Virus record (IMG/VR): IMGVR_UViG_2737471839_000014
Length of the DNA stretch: 24,071 nt
Source of the DNA: a virus
Lineage: Duplodnaviria > Heunggongvirae > Uroviricota > Caudoviricetes
Reading direction: 5' to 3' (one strand)
Below the pieces are notes generated by a model. The model had not been told where the DNA came from and ran no database searches. It saw only the letters and a program-made list of their open reading frames with translations. Positions 1-8,588 of the stretch are shown here, piece by piece. Each line of letters begins with the position of its first letter. The first letter of the stretch is position 1. A program made the position numbers and the translations under genes.

Positions 1-14
1 TAAAACATTTTGCA

Positions 15-662
15 TCAGCGGCCAATCACCACAACCTGACCACCGTCCCCTTCATCTGCCGTGCTGATCTCCTGAGAAACCACACGAGACCCCACACGCA
101 TTTCACCGTACAGAACAGGCAGAACATTGCCCTGGGCAACCATGTTATCCAGTGACGAGAAATACGTGTTCTGTTTGCCGTTATCTGTACTGGCTGCCGT
201 GGGCGTCCTGGCTTTCGGTGCCAGCATCTGCGCCACACCACCCAGGATCATACTGGCCCCTGCTGCATACAGACCCGATACAGCCGCGGCCCCCAGCCAG
301 CCAACAGGGTTCCACCATGCCACCGCAATCAGCGCCGCACCCAGCACCGCCTGAAACACACCGCCACTTTTGGCACCCGCCAGACGCGGAACGACGTGGA
401 TCACGGCACCATTTGCCAGCGGTTCATTAAGACGGGCAGATAATTCATTTTCGCCTGCATCACGCCCGGAAATGCGCACCTGATACCAGCCCTCATTCAG
501 TTTCTGGCGAAACGACGGAAGCTGTGTGGCCAGCGCCCGGATGGCTTCAGCCCCCGTTTTCACACGAAGGTCGATGCGGCGGCCAAATCGTTGTAAATCC
601 CCGTAAAGGCAGATGCGTGCCATGCCCGGTGACGCCAGAGGGAGTGTGTGCGTCGCTGCCAT
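15..662 (-). CDS. I: tail assembly protein I (lambda gpI-like)
   Basis: 215 aa ORF; N-terminus MAATHTLPLASPGMA...LYGDLQRFGRR and C-terminus ...NGKQNTYFSSLDNMVAQGNVLPVLYGEMRVGSRVVSQEIS match recalled lambda gpI; ATG at 662; stop overlaps an ATG at 15..13 that would start J (TGATG), only 5 J codons in window; synteny K-I-J. Confidence 0.85.
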   Translation of the reverse strand: MAATHTLPLASPGMARICLYGDLQRFGRRIDLRVKTGAEAIRALATQLPSFRQKLNEGWYQVRISGRDAGENELSARLNEPLANGAVIHVVPRLAGAKSGGVFQAVLGAALIAVAWWNPVGWLGAAAVSGLYAAGASMILGGVAQMLAPKARTPTAASTDNGKQNTYFSSLDNMVAQGNVLPVLYGEMRVGSRVVSQEISTADEGDGGQVVVIGR

Positions 663-1303
663 TTGTCGGTATACCTCTCTCGTTTGCTCAGTTGTTCAGG
701 AATATGGTGCAGCAGCTCGCCGTCGCCGCAGTAAATGGCGGCGTGATTCGGCACTGATGAACCAAAACAGCACAGCAGCACATCGCCCGGCTGCGCCGCT
801 GACAACGGCACCTGATACAGCCCTGTGGCCTCCAGATTATCCAGATAGAGATTCTGACCGTGACGCCACCAGTCATCCTCGCGATGAAAATCCGGCATCT
901 CAATCCCCGCCAGATGGTAAGCATCCCGGAACAGCGTGTAACAGTCCGTCACCCCGTGCTCAAAGCGCCGCCCGGTAAGATGTGGCACACAGCGGAACTT
1001 GTGAATCGCCCCCCGGCAGACCAGCCACCACGGCAAATCACTCTGCACCTGCAGCCGCCGGTCGGCCTCACTCAGCCAGGGCAGACCACCGGGGTGGCTG
1101 TGGACCAGTGCCACAATCTCACCCTGCATCTCTGCCTGCAGCCAGTCCTCCGGAGCCATCCGGAAATAATCCTCCGGCTCACCGGAAATATTCACGCAGG
1201 GAAAATATCTTTCCCCCTCCGGCGCTCTCACCACGAAGCCGCACGACTCCGCTGGCGCACATCGCCGGGCGTGCGCCAGAATCGCTGATTCTGTCTCTGT
1301 CAT
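560..1303 (-). CDS. K: tail assembly protein K (MPN/JAMM + NlpC/P60 domains)
   Basis: 247 aa; JAMM-type motif VALVHSHPGG...SEAD and downstream Cys/His peptidase-like region; ATG at 1303; position between L and I as in lambda; 3' end overlaps I by about 100 nt. Confidence 0.85.
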   Translation of the reverse strand: MTETESAILAHARRCAPAESCGFVVRAPEGERYFPCVNISGEPEDYFRMAPEDWLQAEMQGEIVALVHSHPGGLPWLSEADRRLQVQSDLPWWLVCRGAIHKFRCVPHLTGRRFEHGVTDCYTLFRDAYHLAGIEMPDFHREDDWWRHGQNLYLDNLEATGLYQVPLSAAQPGDVLLCCFGSSVPNHAAIYCGDGELLHHIPEQLSKRERYTDKWQRRTHSLWRHRAWHASAFTGIYNDLAAASTFV

Positions 1304-1308
1304 GGGAT

Positions 1309-2007
1309 TTACTGCGAAAGTTTGTTAATGGAAAGGAAGCCGCCAAAGTTGCCGACGTTATTGCGAAACTTACAGCCGCTCAGGCATTTGCTGCATTTAT
1401 CCTTCGTGATATCGGACGTCGGCTGGTCATATTCATCCGCGACCGCCGGACCGCTATAACCGCACTCATCGCCGCGATAGGTCCAGGTGCAGGTGTTGGC
1501 CAGCATGATACGCCCCGGAAAAACAGAGCCATCCGTTTCAGTCGGTGTGGACAGTACAAAAGAGACACTGACCGCGCTCAGTTCGCTGCACTGCTCGATG
1601 CGCCAGCGGCTGATCACCTCCTGCTCCGGATCGGCGTCACTGTTTCCGTTGACGAAGTTCACCGCATCCAGAAAACGGGCGTAAACCTTACGCCGGACCA
1701 CCGTTCCGCCGACCAGACTCTGCAGATCTTCCGCCATCCCGGTGACCATACCGTACAGGTTAGAAACCGTCAGCGTGGGGCGCGTACTGGTGCCTTTGCC
1801 ATTCAGTTCAAATCCCGTCCCCTGAATGGGATACGGCTGATACTGCCACCCCTGCCAGGTGACCGGCTCACCTTTTTCGTTCTGCTCATTACAGAAAAAA
1901 TAACGTTCACCACCGACCTCTGTCAGATCGATTTCCCAGAGCACCACCTGGGCTGACTGAGTGAGGCGTGTCGTCTCATGATGTGTTTCCTGTGGAATAT
2001 CCTGCAT
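1309..2007 (-). CDS. L: minor tail protein L
   Basis: 232 aa, same length as lambda gpL; C-terminal Cys cluster (CSKCLSGC) consistent with gpL Fe-S site; ATG at 2007 preceded by AGGAGG. Confidence 0.9.
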   Translation of the reverse strand: MQDIPQETHHETTRLTQSAQVVLWEIDLTEVGGERYFFCNEQNEKGEPVTWQGWQYQPYPIQGTGFELNGKGTSTRPTLTVSNLYGMVTGMAEDLQSLVGGTVVRRKVYARFLDAVNFVNGNSDADPEQEVISRWRIEQCSELSAVSVSFVLSTPTETDGSVFPGRIMLANTCTWTYRGDECGYSGPAVADEYDQPTSDITKDKCSKCLSGCKFRNNVGNFGGFLSINKLSQ

Positions 2008-2016
2008 CAGAGCCTC

Positions 2017-2346
2017 CTATGCCACGACCTGTTCAAAATCTGCCGTTATGGTTACCCACAGCGCCCCTACGCTTGCCGACCATTTACGACAAACCACCCT
2101 GATCGGCTTCCAGTCATAAGGTGGCGTCCACTGAAATGCGCGGACGCCACCGTGCCGTTCCAGAAAGGCTTTTAAAGATGGGTGTTCACATTTACGAACA
2201 CGTATCGTCACGCTGTAAGTCGACAACTGGTTATTCAGTCCCGCCGCACGACGCTGTTCATAACCATCGCCCAGCTTCACTGTCACCACTTTCGGCTCTG
2301 ATACCACATTCATATCCGGGCGCACTTTCCAGTGAAACGTCTCCAT
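2017..2346 (-). CDS. M: minor tail protein M
   Basis: 109 aa, same length and position as lambda gpM; ATG at 2346 overlaps H stop (TAATG). Confidence 0.9.
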   Translation of the reverse strand: METFHWKVRPDMNVVSEPKVVTVKLGDGYEQRRAAGLNNQLSTYSVTIRVRKCEHPSLKAFLERHGGVRAFQWTPPYDWKPIRVVCRKWSASVGALWVTITADFEQVVA

Positions 2347-5300
2347 TACCGATATGCTCCACTTAACCGACCACCATCACGGGCCTGCTGTTGCATAAAG
2401 TCCGCTGCCGCTTTTTTCCCAAGGTCATAAACCACCTTCAGGGCAGCCGGACCTATCTGCCCGTTCGTGCCATCGTTATTGATCTCGATGTTGTACTGCG
2501 GGGCAAACATCGCCATACCTGAACCACCAATATCCGCCACAACCCCCAGCTTACCGTCAGCACCACGACGCAGAGGCAGAATGGCTTCAGGTCCCGCTTC
2601 ACCCATCACACCCGCGCCTTTTGCAAAAGCAAAAAACGTCGGACGGTTAACCACCGTGCCACTGTAACGACTCAAATCAGCAGACTGATAAATCCCCCCA
2701 TTGGCATTCAGGGAAAGGCTGCTGAGATCAAATCCCAGTACACTGCCAATCCCTTTTATCGATTTCATCATGGTTGCCTGCGCCAGGATTTTCGCCATAT
2801 CTGACAGCACAGAAGAGGTGAAGGATTTGAAATTGAGTTTGCCGGTAGTGACAAAAGTTGCCAGGCCATTTCCCATGTTGCTGAAGGCTGACGAGAACAC
2901 CTGTTCTGCTGTTCCTGCCGTATTATCTGCATCCACGGTAAAATCCTGAAATGCACGCAGGACTCCGTTTTTCCAGTTACCCTGCACAACTTCAAGCTGT
3001 TGCCAGTAACGGCGATTCTCATTCAGTTGTCGGTTCAGGCTCTCCGTCAGCGCCTGCTCGGCCTTTCTGTAGTCATCCGTGTTATATGTCCCTTTCTGCT
3101 CACTATCCCGCCTCAACTGCTCCAGCTGTTGCTGGTATTTCTGGCGAAGACTCAGTTGTACCTGATATCGCTGCCGCTGCTGATCACCCATACCCACCGT
3201 GGCGATATCCAGGTCATGTTGCTGACGCTGAGCGCGCTCTTCTTCAGCCAGTTGACTGGTCAGCTGAATTGTTTTTTTCTTCAGATCGTTGAGTGCCGTC
3301 TGTTTCTGAAGCTCCTGCTGTTTTACATCCAGCAGCGTCAGTGCCTGAATCAGTTCATCTTTACGGGCCAGCACACTCTTTTCATCTGCCGTCAGTTTTT
3401 TCCCGTCCAGATCGCTGATGCGCTGCTGCAGAGCCAGAAGCTGTTTATGCGCTTCTGTCATCTTTTCAGTGACAATGCCTGCTGACTGTCTTGCAGCAGC
3501 AATCTGTCCTTCCACCTGTGCCTGTTGCTGACTGTACTGCAGCAATAACCGGGTGGCCTCATCATTACGGGTTTCGCGTGTTTTTTTCTTACCGGATGCC
3601 AGGGCTTTCTCGTAACGTTCATTTTCACGTTGTATCGCTGCATCCCTGACAGCCTGATCGGCGTACTGCATGGAATTAATACGCGCAATTTCACGCTGAT
3701 GTCGTGCTGCTTCCGTTTCATTCATCCGGTTCAGTGCAGCATTTTCAGCATTACGTCGTTTCTGTTGCTCCTGATAATTCCGCTCTGCCTGCTCTTTTGC
3801 ATCCTGCAAATCCTTCTGGCGTTTTTTCTCCTGAAGATCGTTAAGACGCTGCTGATCGTATTCAACCTGAGAAGATGATGCCGTCCAGGGGAGTCTTTTC
3901 GCCCGCGACACTTTCTCCTGTAAAGCGGCAATCTGTTCATCCAGCGAGTCTTCACGACCAATATTCATGGCCGCATCCCAGAAACGACTCCACAAATCAG
4001 ACAGATACTTCAGCGTACTGCCAAGCGCATTGAGGTTATTATCAATATCCGCAGTACGCCGACCGGTTTCCTCTGCCAGTGCAGACATGGCTATCCGTGC
4101 AGCATCACTGGACCGTCCCTGATCCCCAAGGACACGTATCTGCTCAAGCTGAGTGGCAGTAAGAAAATGCAGCTCATTGTCCAGAGCCTTCGCGGCATTT
4201 ACAGGATCATCCTTCAGCCGCTTAAACTGATTTATGGTATCGCTGACCGACTGGCCAACCGATCGCTCCATCTGTGCGGCAGCTCTCGCCACCATACCGA
4301 TATCGTTTCCACGAAATGCACCACTCCCCACCACCTGAGCCAGCGCACCGGCTGCAGCATGTTGCGTGATACCATTCCCGGAAATAGCACGACTGAGCGT
4401 CCACAGCTGCCCGGCAGTGACTCCGGCATAATGCCCCGTCAGCGACAACTGGCGGTTAAATTCTTCCCCCTCCTTCTGACCGTCATACCAGGCTTTACCC
4501 AGACCATAGACGGACGCGGCAATACCGCCAATAACCCCGCCAAGCATCATGCCTTTCGGTGACATCAGAGTGTCTATCCATCCGGCACGGTTAGCCAGCG
4601 TTATCCCGGATCCCCTCAGCGCCCCTAAATTGCCGCGGGCCAGTTCACCTATCAGAACGCCAATCTCCTGGCGGGCCGCTGCACTTTTCAGACCCAGCGA
4701 ATGCGTGGCTTTTCCTGCCTGCTCCATTTTGCGGATATACACTTCTGCAGCACTGCTTACCCCCAGCTGGGCAGCCTTAGCACGAAGCAACTCAGAAGAA
4801 GAAAGATTCTGGCGGGTTGCCTGCTCTTTAAGCTGACGGATAAACGCCACTTTCTGTCGGGTAGCCTCTTCCTCAGCCTGCGTAAGAACACGGGTTTTCG
4901 CCGTAACCTCAGAAATCAGCGCCAGATAATCCTGCTGACCAATCCCGCCACTGTTTCTGGCCTGTCGGATCTGCTGCTGAATACGCTGTAATTCCTGCAG
5001 CCCCGCACTGGCCTGTTTCACACTGTCAATCTGACGATAAAACGCGGCAGCCGCTTTATCCTGAGCCTCCGCCAGAGCCATGGCCTGCGCCTGTTCCTCG
5101 CGCATTTTCTGGCTCAGTGCCTCCATACGCTGGCGGGTTTGCTCCACCTCGCGGGCCATGCGTTCATGAGCCTGTGCGCTCTTCTCCACCGTCTGCGCAT
5201 GGACGGATGCGGCTGTTGCAGCCGAAGAAGCCGCCTGCATTGTCTGCCGGGCGGCCTGAGTCTGACGCTCCATAAAACGCTGCATACGGGCAGAAGACCG

Positions 5301-5411
5301 TTCTGCATCGCTGGCTGCACCATTCAGAAGGTTTTTGATACGGGGAATTTCATTTTTAAACTCTGCCGCATCAATCCCCAAATCAATGACCAAGTTGGCT
5401 ATCTGGTCCAT
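2346..5411 (-). CDS. H: tail tape measure protein (gpH-like)
   Basis: Track ORF 2346..5441 begins with TTG; in-frame ATG at 5411 preceded by GGAGGTG gives N-terminus MDQIANLVIDLGIDAAEF resembling lambda gpH; about 1021 aa, long coiled-coil-rich middle, Gly-rich C-terminus; between T and M. Confidence 0.9.
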   Translation of the reverse strand: MDQIANLVIDLGIDAAEFKNEIPRIKNLLNGAASDAERSSARMQRFMERQTQAARQTMQAASSAATAASVHAQTVEKSAQAHERMAREVEQTRQRMEALSQKMREEQAQAMALAEAQDKAAAAFYRQIDSVKQASAGLQELQRIQQQIRQARNSGGIGQQDYLALISEVTAKTRVLTQAEEEATRQKVAFIRQLKEQATRQNLSSSELLRAKAAQLGVSSAAEVYIRKMEQAGKATHSLGLKSAAARQEIGVLIGELARGNLGALRGSGITLANRAGWIDTLMSPKGMMLGGVIGGIAASVYGLGKAWYDGQKEGEEFNRQLSLTGHYAGVTAGQLWTLSRAISGNGITQHAAAGALAQVVGSGAFRGNDIGMVARAAAQMERSVGQSVSDTINQFKRLKDDPVNAAKALDNELHFLTATQLEQIRVLGDQGRSSDAARIAMSALAEETGRRTADIDNNLNALGSTLKYLSDLWSRFWDAAMNIGREDSLDEQIAALQEKVSRAKRLPWTASSSQVEYDQQRLNDLQEKKRQKDLQDAKEQAERNYQEQQKRRNAENAALNRMNETEAARHQREIARINSMQYADQAVRDAAIQRENERYEKALASGKKKTRETRNDEATRLLLQYSQQQAQVEGQIAAARQSAGIVTEKMTEAHKQLLALQQRISDLDGKKLTADEKSVLARKDELIQALTLLDVKQQELQKQTALNDLKKKTIQLTSQLAEEERAQRQQHDLDIATVGMGDQQRQRYQVQLSLRQKYQQQLEQLRRDSEQKGTYNTDDYRKAEQALTESLNRQLNENRRYWQQLEVVQGNWKNGVLRAFQDFTVDADNTAGTAEQVFSSAFSNMGNGLATFVTTGKLNFKSFTSSVLSDMAKILAQATMMKSIKGIGSVLGFDLSSLSLNANGGIYQSADLSRYSGTVVNRPTFFAFAKGAGVMGEAGPEAILPLRRGADGKLGVVADIGGSGMAMFAPQYNIEINNDGTNGQIGPAALKVVYDLGKKAAADFMQQQARDGGRLSGAYR

Positions 5412-6110
5412 AACGCACACCTCCGGAAATACCTTCCCCAAGATGCATCAGTTCTTCGTCCGTTCGCTCCGGTATCCCGTTCTCTTCCGGTAAAAGGCTG
5501 AAATCAGCCACCGCAGCATCACTGCTACCGGACACCATTCTCACGATCAATGCCTTCAGCGAGGCAAACTGCGCATCCATCCACACATCACTGAAGCTCT
5601 GCATCCGGAAATAATCGCCCCACTCACCAAGCTCAGTGGCCGACATTTCCGACAGCATCCGCCGCCAGTCTGCCCGCCGGAACTCCCGGGCAAGCCGCAT
5701 GACAAACTGCATTTCCCGCGTCAGGACTTTTCCGGCGTCAGCACCTCATGCTCCAAATCCCCGGCATTCTCAATGACTCCCATACCGCTCAGCGACAGAA
5801 CCATCTCCGCCCCCGCTCCCAGGGCATCATACGACCATGTTGTAATAACGGATGCGCAAAGCGTCTCAACATCCTGAGACTGTTCCGCATTCCACAGTGA
5901 GCGGGAAACCAGCCAGGCATTGATATCCATCCCCATCCGCAGAAAAGCAATCTGTCGTTCAGCCTCCGGCAGTTCTCCCTCTTCGGCATCAAACTTTGCC
6001 GTTCGCTGCTGAACAAACGCCAGATATTCAATTCTCTGCAGCCCGGACAGCTCACTGAGCACCACGGACTGCTTTTCATAATTAAACGTGCCCTGTTTCA
6101 GAAACATCAT
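5383..6110 (-). CDS. T: G-T tail assembly chaperone fusion made by programmed -1 ribosomal frameshift
   Basis: -1 frame relative to G is open from 5745 through the 109 aa T ORF (5383..5712); slippery-like GGAAAAG at 5733..5727 lies 4 nt before the G stop; same arrangement as lambda G/GT. Confidence 0.6.
5721..6110 (-). CDS. G: tail assembly chaperone G
   Basis: ATGATG at 6110/6107 preceded by GGTGGAG; product MMFLKQGTFNYE...SELSGLQRIEYLAF resembles lambda gpG; stop TGA at 5721-5723; track ORF is extended upstream because an earlier non-ATG codon is in frame. Confidence 0.85.
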   Translation of the reverse strand: MMFLKQGTFNYEKQSVVLSELSGLQRIEYLAFVQQRTAKFDAEEGELPEAERQIAFLRMGMDINAWLVSRSLWNAEQSQDVETLCASVITTWSYDALGAGAEMVLSLSGMGVIENAGDLEHEVLTPEKS

Positions 6111-6123
6111 GTTCTCCACCTGC

Positions 6124-6146
6124 AAAAAAGCCCCGGATAACCGGGG
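6124..6146 (-). terminator. intrinsic terminator-like hairpin between V and G
   Basis: minus strand reads CCCCGGTTATCCGGGG followed by CTTTTTT, immediately upstream of the G ribosome binding site. Confidence 0.45.
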
Positions 6147-6167
6147 CAAATGATGAGTATCGTCCTG

Positions 6168-6911
6168 TTAACCTGCGGCGCTGACAGCCACCGCAGCCAC
6201 TGCCACAAAATCGCCGTCAGAAGTCATGCCCACAATGCTGACACTGCCCTGCTTCACGCCTTTCACCGTGGCCACAAGCCCGTTCAGGGTCACCGTGGCA
6301 GTCTGTGGATCTGTCGAATGCACACTGATCGCTTTGTCACTGGCTCCGTCAGGTTTTACTGTAAAGGTCAGCGTGGTGGTTGCTCCCACTTTTACACTGG
6401 CAGATGCCGGTGCCACCGTCAGCCCGGTAACGCTCACTGTTTCAGTGCCTTCCTCTGCCAGATACGGACGCCCCACACCGCTGATTTTCACTGTGCGGGT
6501 CATCACGTCTTTTGAGGCAATGGTTTTACCCAGTGAGCTCAGCCAGCCACGGAAAACATCAACAGTGCCGTTGGGATATTTGATACGAAACGCGCAGACT
6601 TCACCGGAGTCGAACAACTGAACCAGTTTTTTCTGCCCGCTGTCACCCGGACGCCAGGCCAGCGTCGCCGAAGTATCACCGACGGATTTCTGCCCCTGGG
6701 TTGTCGTTTTCCAGTCTGCATCTTCATCATCGAGATAAGTGTCATCTTCTGCATCAGCGGTCATTTCGCCAGGTTGCAGATCCTTCACCATCGCAAGACG
6801 CAGCCAGTCAGTGTCCGATAAAGGGTTCGCAAACGCATCGCCCTTGCCGGTGTACATCCAGAACGTCGTTCCCGCACCTTTCGTTTTTGCCAGTGGATTT
6901 GGTGTGGTCAT
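6168..6911 (-). CDS. V: major tail protein V with C-terminal Ig-like domain
   Basis: ATG at 6911 preceded by AAAGGAGG; N-terminus MTTPNPLAKTKGAGTT and internal YLDDEDADW, FPNGTVDVFRGW match recalled lambda gpV; track start at 6917 is a GTG two codons upstream. Confidence 0.9.
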   Translation of the reverse strand: MTTPNPLAKTKGAGTTFWMYTGKGDAFANPLSDTDWLRLAMVKDLQPGEMTADAEDDTYLDDEDADWKTTTQGQKSVGDTSATLAWRPGDSGQKKLVQLFDSGEVCAFRIKYPNGTVDVFRGWLSSLGKTIASKDVMTRTVKISGVGRPYLAEEGTETVSVTGLTVAPASASVKVGATTTLTFTVKPDGASDKAISVHSTDPQTATVTLNGLVATVKGVKQGSVSIVGMTSDGDFVAVAAVAVSAAG

Positions 6912-6922
6912 TGCCACCTCCT

Positions 6923-7324
6923 TTAATTCGTGTACGTGATCTGGTACGTGATTTCCGCCATCGCCCAGGTGGCCATCTCATTATCACGTTGATAGTTAAA
7001 ACCGAGAGGGATCAGGGTGTCGATGAGTCCGGAAAGTGCCGGTATATCATTCAGGGCCGGGAAAATGGTGCTCTCCATCCACATATCCAGCTCTGAATCC
7101 GGTGCCTGTGCCCGGATGAAGACAGCAATATGCAGAACAGCCTGCCAGTCATCTTCATCCGTCATTTTTCCGGTGTACTGAGCATCACTCAGCCACACCG
7201 CCACGGCAGGCAGTTCCTGCGCATCAATAAATGCCGGAAGCCCGTCAAAAAACGTGGCGCTGTCTCCACACTGTTCCCGAAGGCGTGCCAGTACGGCCTG
7301 GCGGATTTGTGTATGTCGGTTCAT
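6923..7324 (-). CDS. U: tail terminator protein U
   Basis: ATG at 7324 overlaps the Z stop (ATGA); motifs ATFFDG, PAVAV, PDSELD.WMES, IPALS match recalled lambda gpU; alternative ATG at 7336 has a GAGG SD. Confidence 0.85.
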   Translation of the reverse strand: MNRHTQIRQAVLARLREQCGDSATFFDGLPAFIDAQELPAVAVWLSDAQYTGKMTDEDDWQAVLHIAVFIRAQAPDSELDMWMESTIFPALNDIPALSGLIDTLIPLGFNYQRDNEMATWAMAEITYQITYTN

Positions 7325-7899
7325 CGGGTCAGCCATAACCTCAGTTGTTGTTTCAGTGCATACCCCAGCTGTTTCGGCATTTCCGCAGCAATAATGCGGT
7401 CGCGGGCATCTTCAAATGCCTGTGTCAGCGGTCCGGACAGCGGGACTTTCACCACATCAATGGGGTAACGATTTTTGCCATCAATACGCCGCATCACATG
7501 CCAGCGACCATTCGCCAGTTGCTGAATAAACGCATCCCGGAAAAGATATTTACCCACCTTCAGCACACTGCCACGGTACTGCAGTTTTCCACCACGCCGG
7601 GCCAGTCTGACCCGGGCTGTCCCCAGCTTAATAGCGGGCAGATTGCCCCGGTTAACGCGGATCCTGGCCGTCATTTTTCCTGACGGACTGGCTTTAAACA
7701 CCCGGACACGCTGACGTACCAGTTTCAGGGGGATCCCTTTCACCTGGTTATCTCCCGCAACGGTATTCCCGGCAACCTGCCGGGTGGCGACCGAGACCGC
7801 TTTCTGTGCCACACGGTTTATCGCCCATGCGCTGGCCTGTGGCACCATACGGGTATCAAGGCTGTTCAGATTACGGATGGCATTCTCAAGCCCCTTCAT
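7321..7899 (-). CDS. Z: tail completion protein Z
   Basis: 192 aa, same length and position as lambda gpZ; ATG at 7899. Confidence 0.8.
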   Translation of the reverse strand: MKGLENAIRNLNSLDTRMVPQASAWAINRVAQKAVSVATRQVAGNTVAGDNQVKGIPLKLVRQRVRVFKASPSGKMTARIRVNRGNLPAIKLGTARVRLARRGGKLQYRGSVLKVGKYLFRDAFIQQLANGRWHVMRRIDGKNRYPIDVVKVPLSGPLTQAFEDARDRIIAAEMPKQLGYALKQQLRLWLTR

Positions 7900-7910
7900 C
7901 CCACACCTCT

Positions 7911-8186
7911 TTACTCAATAAAGATCATTGGCTTACCGTTAAAACGTTCATGCCGTGTGACCGTCCATTGTTGTCCGTCATAAACAACGCGATCCCCGCG
8001 CCGTGGGCGGTATCCCGAAGAAAACACCACCAGAGAGACCGCAGGTCCGGACAGAGCATTCAGCTCTGCCAGTGTTTCTCCCGGGATCACAGTCATATCG
8101 ACATCATTAATCGAGGCTGTCTTTCCCATCTTTCTAACCGTGATAGCATCCATACGCGCTGCCAGCCGGGAAAAGGGATCAGACAT
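7911..8186 (-). CDS. head-tail joining protein (gpFII-like)
   Basis: 91 aa; N-terminal MSDPFSRLAARMDAI and C-terminal RRGDRVVYDGQQWTV pattern resemble lambda FII (MADFDNLFDAAIARADE ... RRGDTLTIGEENFWV); immediately upstream of Z. Confidence 0.65.
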   Translation of the reverse strand: MSDPFSRLAARMDAITVRKMGKTASINDVDMTVIPGETLAELNALSGPAVSLVVFSSGYRPRRGDRVVYDGQQWTVTRHERFNGKPMIFIE

Positions 8187-8502
8187 TGAGTTTTACCGGC
8201 ACTTCTTCTGCACTGGTTCCGGCATCTGCCCAGACAACCCCGACCAGCGGATCAGAGCCGCTGTTAGTCAGCTGAACTTTTCCGGACTTCAGATAAACCT
8301 TCTTACCCGTTTTCATGTCATCCGTTTTCAGCTTAGGCAGCATAAACACACCTTCGGTCATGCCGTCGCCTGTTTCACCCTGTGGAATATCGGTCAGCGC
8401 CACCGCAAAAACATCGCCCACCTGCACCAGATCTCCGCTGCTGATGGCTGCACTGGCAACAATCGCCACCGTTTTTCCTTCTTCTACAAAATTCTTTGCC
8501 AT
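8179..8502 (-). CDS. head-associated protein of unknown function (FI position)
   Basis: ATG at 8502 preceded by GGAG; 107 aa product MAKNFVEEGKTVAIVASAAISSGDLVQVGDV...; lies between capsid gene and FII-like gene; function not recognised. Confidence 0.45.
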   Translation of the reverse strand: MAKNFVEEGKTVAIVASAAISSGDLVQVGDVFAVALTDIPQGETGDGMTEGVFMLPKLKTDDMKTGKKVYLKSGKVQLTNSGSDPLVGVVWADAGTSAEEVPVKLNV

Positions 8503-8543
8503 AACTGTCTCCGCACAGCCCCGTTCAGGGGCTGATTTCAGGT

Positions 8544-8566
8544 ACAAAAAAAGCCCTTACGGGCCA
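8544..8566 (-). terminator. putative intrinsic terminator after capsid gene
   Basis: minus strand GGCCCGTAAGGGC followed by TTTTTTTG in the 86-bp gap after the capsid stop; stem is short. Confidence 0.3.
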
Positions 8567-8588
8567 TCAGAGTTGTTGTCTGCGACGT

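Noticed and set aside
982-1956. Long plus-strand ORFs (e.g. 324 aa at 982..1956, and others at 3000..3485, 8140..8535, 9660..10013, 11368..11781) antisense to the structural genes
   Set aside because: They lie entirely inside well-supported minus-strand phage genes, lack SD sequences and have low-complexity Pro/Arg/Ser-rich translations typical of antisense frames in GC-rich coding DNA
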